64,000 nt of DNA from an uncultured Bacteroidaceae bacterium (GCA_905235285.1 CAJOLI010000013.1:6116-70115); one strand, 5' to 3'; shown: positions 46,892 to 55,540, counted from the first letter of the stretch. Notes: generated by a model not told the origin, from the sequence alone. Translations and numbers: made by a program.

Positions 46892-47605
46892 TCAGGGTTC
46901 TTCCTCCATGTGGGCGATGAGGCGGTAGCCTTTGCCGTGCACATTGTTGATTTCGATTTCCGGATCATCCTTGAGGTGCTTGCGCAGCTTGGTGATGTAG
47001 ACGTCCATGGAGCGCGCGTTGAAGTAGTTGTCGTCAATCCAGATGGTCTTGAGCGCCAGCTCGCGCTGCAGGACATCATTGGCATGTGCGCAGAGCAGGA
47101 TTAGCAGTTCGCTCTCTTTCGTGGTTAGCTTTGTCTGCTTGTCACCGATGGTGAGGATCTGACGGCGTGTGTCGAAGATGAAGCGCCCGATGTGGTAGAC
47201 GGCCACATTCTTCTGCTGCTTGCCGTGGACGCGGCGCAGGATGGCTTCCATACGATAGACGAGTTCTTCCATCGAGAAGGGTTTGGTGATGTAGTCGTCA
47301 GCGCCAATCTTGAAGCCCTCGAAGATGTCCTCTTTCAGGTTCTTGGCGGTGAGGAAGATGATGGGAATCTCCTGATTGACCTGGCGTATTTCCTGGGCCA
47401 ACTGGAAGCCGTCCATCTTAGGCATCATGACGTCGAGGACACACATGTCGTATTCGTCCTTGAGGAATGCCTTGTAGCCAGCCTCGCCGTCGGGGCAGAG
47501 GTCTGCTTCATAGCCTTTCGCCTGGAGGTATTCGCGGAGCAGCATGCCGAGGCTCTCGTCGTCCTCGCAGAGTAAGATTCTGAGTTTTGTTTCTTCTTGT
47601 GCCAT
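46892..47605 (-). CDS. rprY: OmpR-family response regulator RprY
   Basis: REC (LRILLCEDDESLGMLLREYL...DVMMPKMDGF) plus a winged helix (NARSMDVYITKLRKHLKDD...HGKGYRL). From memory, it closely resembles Porphyromonas/Bacteroides RprY. Confidence 0.9.
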   Translation of the reverse strand: MAQEETKLRILLCEDDESLGMLLREYLQAKGYEADLCPDGEAGYKAFLKDEYDMCVLDVMMPKMDGFQLAQEIRQVNQEIPIIFLTAKNLKEDIFEGFKIGADDYITKPFSMEELVYRMEAILRRVHGKQQKNVAVYHIGRFIFDTRRQILTIGDKQTKLTTKESELLILLCAHANDVLQRELALKTIWIDDNYFNARSMDVYITKLRKHLKDDPEIEINNVHGKGYRLIAHMEEEP

Positions 47606-47687
47606 AGTTGTATTCTTTTTTAGGGTTTGATATTTGCCTTAGCAGAAATAGTGAAATATGGTGTTGTAGGGATAGTTACGGTCGTGC

Positions 47688-49220
47688 TCAGTCAATCAGT
47701 GGCAGAGTGATGATGAATCGTGTGCCCTGGCGCAGCTGGCTCTCAGCTTTTATGGTGCCGTGCATCAGTTCTACCGTGCTCCTGACGTAAGCCAGTCCGA
47801 GTCCGAAGCCTTTGACGTCGTGCTTGTTGCCTGTGTGGACACGGTAGAACCGCTCGAAGATGTGCTTGAGATCCTCGCTGCGCATGCCTATGCCGTTGTC
47901 TTCTACGGTGATGACGAGGCGATCACCCTGGTTGCGCGTTGCCACGCGCAGCTCCAGCGGCACGTCGTTGCGCCGGTATTTCACGGCATTGTCCATGAGG
48001 TTGAAGATGACGTTCGTAAAATGCATCTCGTCGACGTAGATGGCACCATCCTCAGCATCGAGGGCAGCAGTAAGCGTGCCGCCGCTCTGCTTCACCTTAA
48101 GCTGGAAGGTCCTCACGACGTCGTCGATGACGACGTTGGCATCGATCTCTTTCTCATTGAAGCGTATGTTGCCGCGCTCGTAGAGCGACATCTGCAGCAC
48201 TTTCTCTACTTGGTAGCGGAGGCGGCGCGTCTCGCTCACGATGACGCCGGAGAGGTTGTCGAGCATGGCATCGCTCTTCTTGATGCTCTTGTCGCCCAGC
48301 ATCTGTGCGGCGAGCGAGATGCTGGAGATGGGCGTCTTGAACTCATGGGTCATGTTGTTAATGAAATCGTTCTTCATCTCGGTCTCCCGCTTCTGGCGCA
48401 CAATGAGCCAGACGGTGAAAGAGAAGGTGAGGAAGAGCAGCACGGTGAACACCAGCACGGGTATCATCTTGTTGGCCACGCCCAGGATGTAGGTGTCCAT
48501 TGTGGGGAAGTGCACGCGCAGCTGCCCCATCTTCTGCGACGGGTCGTTACGGAAGAGTGTCTGCGTGTAGCAGTAGTCGGCGCCCTCGTCGGAGTAGTCG
48601 GCGCAGCGGTACACCTCATGTCCCTCGACATCGTAGACAGAGAAGTGGTATGGCAGGCTGATGCCCGCGGACTCGAGTTCGTTGCGCAGGTTGCTGTCGA
48701 GCAGGCGGAAGTCGACGCGCTCGCGGAAGTCCTTGTCGCTGGCGTTGTAGAGTACGGTGTAGATAACCTCGTCGAGAACTCCTTTCTGGTAGAGGTATGC
48801 GTTTTTCACGAAGTCATGGAAGTGCTGGTTGGCGACGTCTATTGACGCGTTGGACTTCAGTGTCAGCGAGCTTTTGGGGACGTGGGGCTTGGCCGCATCG
48901 TTCTGAGGCAGACTGAAAGGTGCGTTGAACGAGGGGCGGTCGGCCACGCTTACCGGCGAGCCGGGCAGCAGGCTGCCGACGGAGGCGGCGAGGCTGTCGG
49001 CACGGTAGCCCGAGTGGCGCGCCACTTCCTCGAGGTAGCGGAACGTCTCGTTGCGCTCCATGTCGCGGCTCGTCTGGTCGAGGGCCCTGAGCACTGTCTC
49101 GTCGAACTGTTCCTTGCGCATCCTGACCATAGAGCGTATGATACGCCCCTGCAGGAAGAGCAACCCGAAGAACGAGGCTCCTATGACCAGGCCTATGATT
49201 GTTATTGTTGTACGTTTCAT
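47688..49220 (-). CDS. rprX: Sensor histidine kinase RprX-like
   Basis: Two TM segments, HisKA (NNMTHEFKTPISSISLAAQML) and HATPase (DNGIGM...GFGLGLAYV). The real start is likely MKRTTITIIGLV at 49220, because the TTG at 49265 lies inside a -7 box. Confidence 0.85.
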   Translation of the reverse strand: MKRTTITIIGLVIGASFFGLLFLQGRIIRSMVRMRKEQFDETVLRALDQTSRDMERNETFRYLEEVARHSGYRADSLAASVGSLLPGSPVSVADRPSFNAPFSLPQNDAAKPHVPKSSLTLKSNASIDVANQHFHDFVKNAYLYQKGVLDEVIYTVLYNASDKDFRERVDFRLLDSNLRNELESAGISLPYHFSVYDVEGHEVYRCADYSDEGADYCYTQTLFRNDPSQKMGQLRVHFPTMDTYILGVANKMIPVLVFTVLLFLTFSFTVWLIVRQKRETEMKNDFINNMTHEFKTPISSISLAAQMLGDKSIKKSDAMLDNLSGVIVSETRRLRYQVEKVLQMSLYERGNIRFNEKEIDANVVIDDVVRTFQLKVKQSGGTLTAALDAEDGAIYVDEMHFTNVIFNLMDNAVKYRRNDVPLELRVATRNQGDRLVITVEDNGIGMRSEDLKHIFERFYRVHTGNKHDVKGFGLGLAYVRSTVELMHGTIKAESQLRQGTRFIITLPLID

Positions 49221-49262
49221 ACGTTTGCGCTGCAGGAAACTCTTCTGGCGGTTCCTTCGATG

Positions 49263-49270
49263 CAAAGGTA
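49263..49270 (-). promoter_or_regulatory. -7 promoter box TACCTTTG for rprXY
   Basis: Exact match 43 nt upstream of the ATG at 49220. Confidence 0.5.
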
Positions 49271-49459
49271 TGAATTATCACTTTGGCTGCAATAGAGAAC
49301 GAAACCTAAAATTAACAATTTTGACAAATTTAACTAATTATATAGCTTTTATATTCATATTTGTTTCATACCTAAGTTTTCGATATCGTTTAAAAGCATA
49401 AAATAGCCTGCGAAGACGTTTTTATCGGCTTTCGTTGACTGCCCGTCAGAAAAAAAGGT

Positions 49460-49467
49460 TATCTTTG
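49460..49467 (+). promoter_or_regulatory. -7 promoter box TATCTTTG for the sialidase gene
   Basis: Exact match 61 nt upstream of the ATG at 49528. Confidence 0.5.
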
Positions 49468-49527
49468 CGCCTAAGGACTGGAAGACGTCCCTACCTTGCA
49501 GCCAACATTGAATACACCTATACTATC

Positions 49528-50790
49528 ATGCAAACGAACAAACTCTCCGGGCTCTTGCTCGCCATGATAATGGCGATGCCCGCGACGCTCGCTGCTCAGC
49601 AGACTTACGAAGCGACGCCACAACGCCTGTTCACTACCTACGACGCCTACGCCGTGCCCTACCGCATACCCGCTATCGCCACGACGCGCAAGGGACACCT
49701 CATAGCCGTGGCCGACCGCCGCTACTGCGGCTTCGACATAGGCTACGGACGCATAGACCTGGTGGCCCGCACCAGCACCGACGACGGACGGACGTGGGCG
49801 CCCGACACCGTCATCCAGCGCGGCTCAGGCATTAACGGAGCCGACGACTGCGGCTATGGCGACGCTGCTCTCGTAGCCGACCGCACGAGCAAACGCGTCC
49901 TGTGCATGTCGGTCACCGGTTGCACGCCATATATTCAAGGTACACGCGAGCGCCCCAACCGCATTGCCCGATGGTACAGCCCCGACGGCGGCCGTTCATG
50001 GACCAAGGCCGAGGATGTGACCGACGCCATCTACGCCTTGCTGCCAAACACCCGCACCTTGTTCATTGGTTCGGGACGTATCATGCAGAGCCGCGTCGTA
50101 CGCAAAGGCAAGTTCTTCAGGCTCTACTGCTCCGTGCTCACGCGTACGCTGATGGATGACAAGGACGTTGCGTGCAATTATGTGCTCTTCAGCGACGACT
50201 TCGGGCAGACGTGGAGCGTTCTCGGAGGCTCTACGCTCGACGGGCACGACAGCCCCTGCCTCGACGGCGACGAGCCCAAAACCGAGGAGCTGCCCTGCGG
50301 CGACGTAGTCCTCTCGTCGCGAAAGTGGTATGGCCGATTCTTCAACATCTTTCATTTCGATGACATCAGGGCGGACCAGCAGCGAGGCTCGTGGGGGGCA
50401 TGCGTAGCCTCGCACGACGTACCTGGCGGCATCAAGGTGGGTGCCAACTCTTGCAACGGCGAAATCATGCTCGTCGAGGCAACGGAATCAGCTACGGGAC
50501 GTCCAGTCCGACTGATGCTGCAATCACTGCCGTGCGGCGAGGGGCGCACCGACGTGGGCCTGTGGTACAAAGAGATAATCCCCAACGGCATCTACAGCCC
50601 GCGTGCCTTCGCTCACGCCTGGACGCGAGGCCTGCAGGTGTCCACGACCACGTCGGCATACTCCACCATGACGCTGCAGCGCGACGGACGCATAGCGTTC
50701 TTCTATGAGGAGGACAGCAAGGACAACGGCTACTCCATGGTATACCTACCGCTGACCATAGCCGAAATCACCCTCGGGCGCTACCGCTGA
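49528..50790 (+). CDS. nanH: GH33 exo-alpha-sialidase
   Basis: The start is MQTNKLSGLLLAMIMAMPATLAAQ. The FRIP-type motif is YRIPAIATT, with Asp-boxes STDDGRTW, SPDGGRSW and SDDFGQTW. Confidence 0.85.
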   Translation: MQTNKLSGLLLAMIMAMPATLAAQQTYEATPQRLFTTYDAYAVPYRIPAIATTRKGHLIAVADRRYCGFDIGYGRIDLVARTSTDDGRTWAPDTVIQRGSGINGADDCGYGDAALVADRTSKRVLCMSVTGCTPYIQGTRERPNRIARWYSPDGGRSWTKAEDVTDAIYALLPNTRTLFIGSGRIMQSRVVRKGKFFRLYCSVLTRTLMDDKDVACNYVLFSDDFGQTWSVLGGSTLDGHDSPCLDGDEPKTEELPCGDVVLSSRKWYGRFFNIFHFDDIRADQQRGSWGACVASHDVPGGIKVGANSCNGEIMLVEATESATGRPVRLMLQSLPCGEGRTDVGLWYKEIIPNGIYSPRAFAHAWTRGLQVSTTTSAYSTMTLQRDGRIAFFYEEDSKDNGYSMVYLPLTIAEITLGRYR

Positions 50791-50823
50791 CCGAAAAAGG
50801 CTCAAGGGGTCAGGGAGAAAATG

Positions 50824-50872
50824 GATTAGGAATTAGGGATTGGTGATTAGTGTTTAGGGATTAGAGATTAGA
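50824..50872 (+). repeat. Heptamer microsatellite (GATTAGN)x7
   Basis: gattagg aattagg gattggt gattagt gtttagg gattaga gattaga, 34 nt after the sialidase stop. Confidence 0.8.
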
Positions 50873-50902
50873 GTTCTTTATAAACAAAAACGGCTGCGTC
50901 TT

Positions 50903-50975
50903 GGGGGCCCGAGGGCACAGCCCCACCCCTAAGGCCCCTTATAGGGGGCCTAAGGGGTAGGGGCTGCGGCCCCCG
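50903..50975. repeat. GC-rich imperfect hairpin element
   Basis: GGGGGCCCGAGGGCACAGCCCCACCCCTAAGGCCCCT-TAT-AGGGGGCCTAAGGGGTAGGGGCTGCGGCCCCCG, set in an otherwise AT-rich spacer. Confidence 0.7.
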
Positions 50976-51056
50976 TCCTTTTGTAAGGGGCGTTTATGCG
51001 GTGTCATTCTTTCTGCTGTCATATAGGTTACGAACGATTGTCTTAAGACTTTCAGC

Positions 51057-51122
51057 CAAAAGTCCCGTAACTTTTTGGAAAATGTCCCATAACTTTCGGG
51101 CAAAAGTCCCATAACTTTCGGG
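51057..51122 (+). repeat. Three tandem 22-bp repeats, each a small hairpin
   Basis: CAAAAGTCCCGTAACTTTTTGG / AAAATGTCCCATAACTTTCGGG / CAAAAGTCCCATAACTTTCGGG. Confidence 0.8.
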
Positions 51123-51338
51123 CGAAACCCTTAGGAGAAACGGGGAGCGGGCTATACAATGTGGAATAACTGTCCGCTAAAAGTTGAAAGGGGATGAAAT
51201 ATGTGTCCTTATTACTGATAAACAGACATTGTGGATTCATCTTTCAAAGAGTAAGGCCCATCAGTCTGTCATAGCCTTCATTTTTAGCGGACACCAATAA
51301 TCCGTTTTATATGTTAATGAACTGTCAAGGGAGGCGGC

Positions 51339-51386
51339 ATACGACAAGGCCAAGGGTTCTGCGCAGATCCCTTGGCCTTGTCGTAT
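51339..51386. repeat. Near-perfect 48-bp palindrome (24-bp arms, no loop, one mismatch)
   Basis: ATACGACAAGGCCAAGGGTTCTGC|GCAGATCCCTTGGCCTTGTCGTAT, 85 nt downstream of the stop of the gene at 51471. Confidence 0.8.
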
Positions 51387-51470
51387 TTGCAGTAGGCGAA
51401 TAACGTGCAGGCAGTACGCCTTAAGAGGGTAAGACAGCTCGTTGGCTCCTGGTGCACAGGAGGCCGCCGT

Positions 51471-51917
51471 CTACTCGTCGGCCTGCTTGCGGTCGTCGAT
51501 ATTGTCGCCCTCGGTAGGTGCCATTTTAGAGAAATCGTCGAGACCGGCACCGATGAGGATGTTGTACCACTGAATGAGTTTCTTCACGTCGGAGGGGAAG
51601 ACACGGTCGCGGTCGAAACTGGGCAGCACCTCTACAAAGAAGTCGAAGAGCTGCTGCTTGGAAGCCGTCTTGATGTCGAGCGAGCATTTCTGCCCATTTT
51701 CTTTCTCCTTGAGGCTGGTGAGGACGTCGGCCAGGGGCACCTCTTTGTCATCGGTGTACATGGCTATGTCAGCCAGCGAGATAACACGGTCGGCTGCGAA
51801 AGCCGGCATACGCTGGTGTTTGTCGTCGATGCTCTCGACGATGAGGTTGCGTTTGCCTCGTGAGACGAGTTTATACAAACCGGGCTTACCGGCTATGGCT
51901 AAGATTGTTTCCAGCAT
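51471..51917 (-). CDS. Conserved hypothetical protein (possibly DUF5606 family, from memory)
   Basis: 148 aa, MLETILAIAGKPGLYKLVSRGKRNLIVESIDDKHQRMPAF. It is the last gene of the nusB-yajC-coaE string. Confidence 0.55.
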   Translation of the reverse strand: MLETILAIAGKPGLYKLVSRGKRNLIVESIDDKHQRMPAFAADRVISLADIAMYTDDKEVPLADVLTSLKEKENGQKCSLDIKTASKQQLFDFFVEVLPSFDRDRVFPSDVKKLIQWYNILIGAGLDDFSKMAPTEGDNIDDRKQADE

Positions 51918-51973
51918 TTGTTCTGTAGTTTTTATGGTTTCGTAATGTCCTGCTTAGATAAGCGGGCGCAAAA

Positions 51974-52570
51974 TTAAGGCTTCTCGCTTGATTTACCAAG
52001 CAACTCAGCCATAAAAAATCTTAATTGAGGCATTATGGGACGGCCGTCGTTGTGCACGACGAGGTCTGCATGTGCACGGCGCACGGCGTCGGGAGCCTGG
52101 CGGCTGATGCGCGCAAGCACCTGTCTGCGCGATGCTCCGTCGCGCTGCATGGCGCGGCTGATGCGTAGGGTCCGCGGTGCCTCTACGACGACTACGCGGT
52201 CCACGGCATCGAGGAAGCCAGCTTCGACGAGGATAGCGCTCTCAATGCATACGACGGAGGTCGCCTGCGCCAGTGCCCACTGCCGGAAGTCAGCCTTCAC
52301 GGCCGGGTGCACGATGCCGTTGATGGCGGCGGCATGACCGGCATCGGCGAAAAGGAAGTCTGCGATGGCGCTTTTGTTCAGAGAGCCGTCGGCGCCGTAG
52401 GCCTCAGGACCCACGAGGGCCTCTATCTGGCTGCGTAGCTGAGGCTCCAGCATCAGGCGCCGCGCCTCGCTGTCGCTGTCGTAAATGGGTATGCGGTAGT
52501 TCGAGGCAAGCAGCCGGGCCACGTATGTCTTGCCGCTGCCTATGCCTCCAGTGATGCCTACGACTGTCAT
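51974..52570 (-). CDS. coaE: Dephospho-CoA kinase
   Basis: The P-loop is VGITGGIGSGKTYVARLL. Length is 198 aa. Confidence 0.9.
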   Translation of the reverse strand: MTVVGITGGIGSGKTYVARLLASNYRIPIYDSDSEARRLMLEPQLRSQIEALVGPEAYGADGSLNKSAIADFLFADAGHAAAINGIVHPAVKADFRQWALAQATSVVCIESAILVEAGFLDAVDRVVVVEAPRTLRISRAMQRDGASRRQVLARISRQAPDAVRRAHADLVVHNDGRPIMPQLRFFMAELLGKSSEKP

Positions 52571-53562
52571 TCTTCGGTCTGCTCTATTAAGAATTGTACG
52601 CGCTGCGGCTGTATGCGCACCTGCGAGACGCCTTCAGGCACGGAGCGCAGCTGCAACGTCAGCATGGAATCGGGCAAGGCCATGAGTTGCTCGTAGGTGG
52701 CGGTGATGACAAACTGCTCGCGCGTCACACGCTTGTAGTCCTTCGACCCTACGCGGAAGGCCACGGTGGCCATGGCGGGGAACGTGCGCAGCGACAGGCC
52801 GGCAGGGAAATTGGTGCCTACGATGGGGACTTCAACCTGTTTCTCCGTGAAAACGTCGATGTCAGCCACAAGGCGCACCTCTGAAGGCTCAAGCTTGACG
52901 CCCCGCACGGCGGGCAACGCCACCGTGCGCTCGACGCTCTCTGTGATGCCGTTGATGTTGGTGACCACGGTGGAGACCTCTGTGAGCGAGTCGAGATAGC
53001 TCTGCTCGGCCCAGACGGTAACGGAGTCGGGCTGGCAGCGTAGCGAGGCAAGATAGTAGAGAGGCGCCGGCTCTACGTGTCCGCGGAACGTCACGGGCAC
53101 GCGCTTCATGTGGCCACGCGTGTAGTAGAATTCGAGCGTGTCGGGGCGTATGCTCACGAAATTCGTAGAGCCGTCGAAGCAACGCTGCAGGCTCTTCTGC
53201 ACGTCGCTGTGCGTCACCACTACGCGGTGGTACATCTCGCCATGGTCGTAGGCCTTGAAGTCGAGAGAGATTTGGCGACGGCTGTCCTTGGCATAGTAGC
53301 CTATGAGCTCCGTGCCGCGGTCGCGCACACGCACCTGCACCGTCGGCGGCAGCTCCGTCGTCAGCACTACTTCCGGCGGCACGCCGGTGAGCTCCACAGG
53401 AACCTCGACATCCATCTCATAGCTCTCGTTCAGGGTCAGAAGGAGCCAGAAGGTTGCCGAGACGAGCATGAAGAACATAAACACGAAAGCCTCCCTGCTG
53501 AGCTTACTCAGCAGGAAGGCCTTCAAGCCTTCGAAAGCGTGCTGTAGGCGGTGCCGGTCCAT
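52567..53562 (-). CDS. YbbR-like domain protein
   Basis: One N-terminal TM segment followed by a repeated beta-rich body. It sits between yajC and coaE, as in other Bacteroidales (from memory). Confidence 0.55.
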   Translation of the reverse strand: MDRHRLQHAFEGLKAFLLSKLSREAFVFMFFMLVSATFWLLLTLNESYEMDVEVPVELTGVPPEVVLTTELPPTVQVRVRDRGTELIGYYAKDSRRQISLDFKAYDHGEMYHRVVVTHSDVQKSLQRCFDGSTNFVSIRPDTLEFYYTRGHMKRVPVTFRGHVEPAPLYYLASLRCQPDSVTVWAEQSYLDSLTEVSTVVTNINGITESVERTVALPAVRGVKLEPSEVRLVADIDVFTEKQVEVPIVGTNFPAGLSLRTFPAMATVAFRVGSKDYKRVTREQFVITATYEQLMALPDSMLTLQLRSVPEGVSQVRIQPQRVQFLIEQTEE

Positions 53563-53585
53563 GGCCTGGTGTTGCAGGGTGAGCC

Positions 53586-53906
53586 TTATTTGGCGTATGT
53601 CTCAGTGGAAGCGGCAGAGGCGAAGACGGAGTTGCGGTCGACGCGCACGCGCACACCAGAGGCGACCTCCAAGATGAGGACGTTCTTAACCTCATCTATA
53701 TCACGGACGATGCCGTAGATGCCGCCGGCGGTGATGACCTCCTGGCCCTTCTCGATTCTGTTGCGGAAGTTCTGGATCTCTTTCTGCTTCTTCTGCTGCG
53801 GACGGATCATGAAGAAATACATGATGGCAAACATCGCCACAAGCATCAAAATCATGCCCATGCCGCCATCGCCCTGGGCCTGGAGGAATACAATTAATGG
53901 AGTCAT
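53586..53906 (-). CDS. yajC: Preprotein translocase subunit YajC
   Basis: MFAIMYFFMIRPQQKKQKEIQNFRNRIEKGQEVITAGGIYGIV. Confidence 0.9.
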   Translation of the reverse strand: MTPLIVFLQAQGDGGMGMILMLVAMFAIMYFFMIRPQQKKQKEIQNFRNRIEKGQEVITAGGIYGIVRDIDEVKNVLILEVASGVRVRVDRNSVFASAASTETYAK

Positions 53907-53970
53907 AGTCGTGTAAGTTTAATTATTGTTGGTACTCGGTTGAGACATTTCTTTGCGCAAGCGCCCCTCG

Positions 53971-54870
53971 TCAATCAGGCGCCGGCAGATATTGTCGAGC
54001 ATGCACGTAGGCTCCGCTCTTGGGCGTGGAGTACATCTTGGCAATCTCTACGTATTCGTTTATGGTGACGACGATGGGAATCTGCGAGAAGGTTAACACC
54101 TCTGCAATGGCCGTCTGCATGATGAGCAGGTCCATGAACGCCAGACGCGTCATGTCCCAGTTGCGCAGCGACTGCTGTATGAGTTGCCGGTAGCTGTCGC
54201 AGCCCAGCACCGTGGCGCGCAGCAGACGGCGTGCGAACTCGCGGTCCTCCTCGTCGTGGTATTCTGGCAGCAGGGTCTGACGCGCACCGGCAGCGGGGTC
54301 GAAACGCTTGATGGTTTTGAGCACGAAAGTGTCTACGATGAAGCGGTCATCGTTCCAGTAGAGGCTGCGCTCTTCCAGGATGGAATCGAGTTCCTCGTCC
54401 TCGGCTATTAACTTCTGGTAGAGCTGCCGCCATAGGTTGCGGTCGTCGTCGTAGGTCGTGGGTTCGCTGCCACTCATCCAATCGGCATAGATGTCTGAGT
54501 CGAAGATACGCTGGAGCAGACGGCGCACGTAGTCCTCCTCGTCGGCCCACGTCTTCTTCTGGTTGTCGATGAAGTCGCGGAGCTGCTCGTTGGAGGCCAG
54601 CTGGGCTATGAATTTGTTGTCGATAAAGCGGGAACTGGGAGCCTCGCCCTCCTTCAGGCGCTGATAGCGGCTCAGGGCTGTGCTGTAGGAACGCTCGGCC
54701 AGACGGTTGAGCTCCAACATGAGTCCGAGCATATACAGGTAGAGGTCGTAGGATTTCGAGAGGCTCATGAACAAGTCTTTCTCTGCTGTATCCAGCTTGC
54801 GATCGCAATTCATGTAGTAGACATAAACCTGCTGCACGACCTTCAGGCGAATCAATTCCCTATTTATCAT
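53971..54870 (-). CDS. nusB: Transcription antitermination factor NusB (long Bacteroidetes form), C-terminus apparently frameshifted
   Basis: MINRELIRLKVVQQVYVYY...LAFMDLLIMQTAIAEVLTFSQIPIVVTINEYVEIAKMYSTPKSGAYV. The expected NusB end (MLDNICRRLIDEGRLRKE) lies in another frame at 53919-54002. Confidence 0.85.
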   Translation of the reverse strand: MINRELIRLKVVQQVYVYYMNCDRKLDTAEKDLFMSLSKSYDLYLYMLGLMLELNRLAERSYSTALSRYQRLKEGEAPSSRFIDNKFIAQLASNEQLRDFIDNQKKTWADEEDYVRRLLQRIFDSDIYADWMSGSEPTTYDDDRNLWRQLYQKLIAEDEELDSILEERSLYWNDDRFIVDTFVLKTIKRFDPAAGARQTLLPEYHDEEDREFARRLLRATVLGCDSYRQLIQQSLRNWDMTRLAFMDLLIMQTAIAEVLTFSQIPIVVTINEYVEIAKMYSTPKSGAYVHARQYLPAPD

Positions 54871-54954
54871 AAAGTGTCTTTACGTTAGCTAAAACATGTC
54901 AATTAATCAAGTGCAAAGCGTACCTTGCATTACAAACATTTCCGTTTGCGACTG

Positions 54955-54962
54955 CAAAATTA
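54955..54962 (-). promoter_or_regulatory. -7 promoter box TAATTTTG for the nusB operon
   Basis: Exact TAnnTTTG match 85 nt upstream of the ATG at 54870. Confidence 0.4.
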
Positions 54963-55036
54963 GCTATTTTACTCTAATTATCGCTCTCGAAAGGAAAGTT
55001 TTTGATTTTTTTTTGGGCTGTTTCCCGAATAATACC

Positions 55037-55044
55037 TACTTTTG
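55037..55044 (+). promoter_or_regulatory. -7 promoter box TACTTTTG for the PUR-like gene
   Basis: Exact match 38 nt upstream of the ATG at 55082. Confidence 0.5.
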
Positions 55045-55081
55045 GACGCGAAAACGATAAAACACATCCAAAAAACTCACA

Positions 55082-55423
55082 ATGAAAGAAAATTTTAAGG
55101 ACTACGGAAGTAAGGAACGAGACATACTCTTCTCTAAATCCATCAAGGCAGGGAAGCGTCTCTATTATGTTGATGTCAAGAAGAGCAGCAAGGGAGACAT
55201 GTACCTCTCGCTCACCGAGAGCAAGCGCATCGTAAGCGGAGACCCTGAAATGCCACAGTTCTCATTCGAGAAGCACAAGCTCTTCGTCTACCCCGAAGAT
55301 TTCGAGAAGTTCACAGGAGCACTGGCTGACGCTATGCGCTTCATCTATGAGCAGCAGGGACCCGTAGAGCAGCGGCCCGAAGACTCACAAGGAGAGATTC
55401 AGCTCGAGGAGATTGAATTCTGA
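55082..55423 (+). CDS. PUR-alpha-like nucleic-acid-binding protein (DUF3276)
   Basis: ILFSKSIKAGKRLYYVDVKKSSKGDMYLSLTESKR...FEKHKLFVYPEDFEKFTGAL, typical of the Bacteroidetes DUF3276 family (from memory). Confidence 0.7.
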   Translation: MKENFKDYGSKERDILFSKSIKAGKRLYYVDVKKSSKGDMYLSLTESKRIVSGDPEMPQFSFEKHKLFVYPEDFEKFTGALADAMRFIYEQQGPVEQRPEDSQGEIQLEEIEF

Positions 55424-55491
55424 CCATGATGCACTGTCATACCCCCGCAAGAACAACAGCATTCATGCAGGGGCAAAAACTATTTCTCATC

Positions 55492-55526
55492 AGACGCGAA
55501 GAAATCTTCGCGTCTTCTCGTTTTTT
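55492..55526 (+). terminator. Rho-independent terminator
   Basis: AGACGCGAAG-AAAT-CTTCGCGTCT followed by TCTCGTTTTTT. Confidence 0.75.
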
Positions 55527-55540
55527 CTAACCTTTTTTCG

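Noticed and set aside
51057-51122. CRISPR array hypothesis for the 22-bp triplet, the 66-nt purL repeat and the 19-mer duplications
   Set aside because: The repeats are directly adjacent with no unique spacers. There are too few units, and no cas genes are in the window.
51052-51240. 62-aa minus-strand ORF
   Set aside because: It is a translation of the three tandem 22-bp repeats (KLWDFCPKVMGHFPKSYGTFG pattern). There is no start context or promoter.
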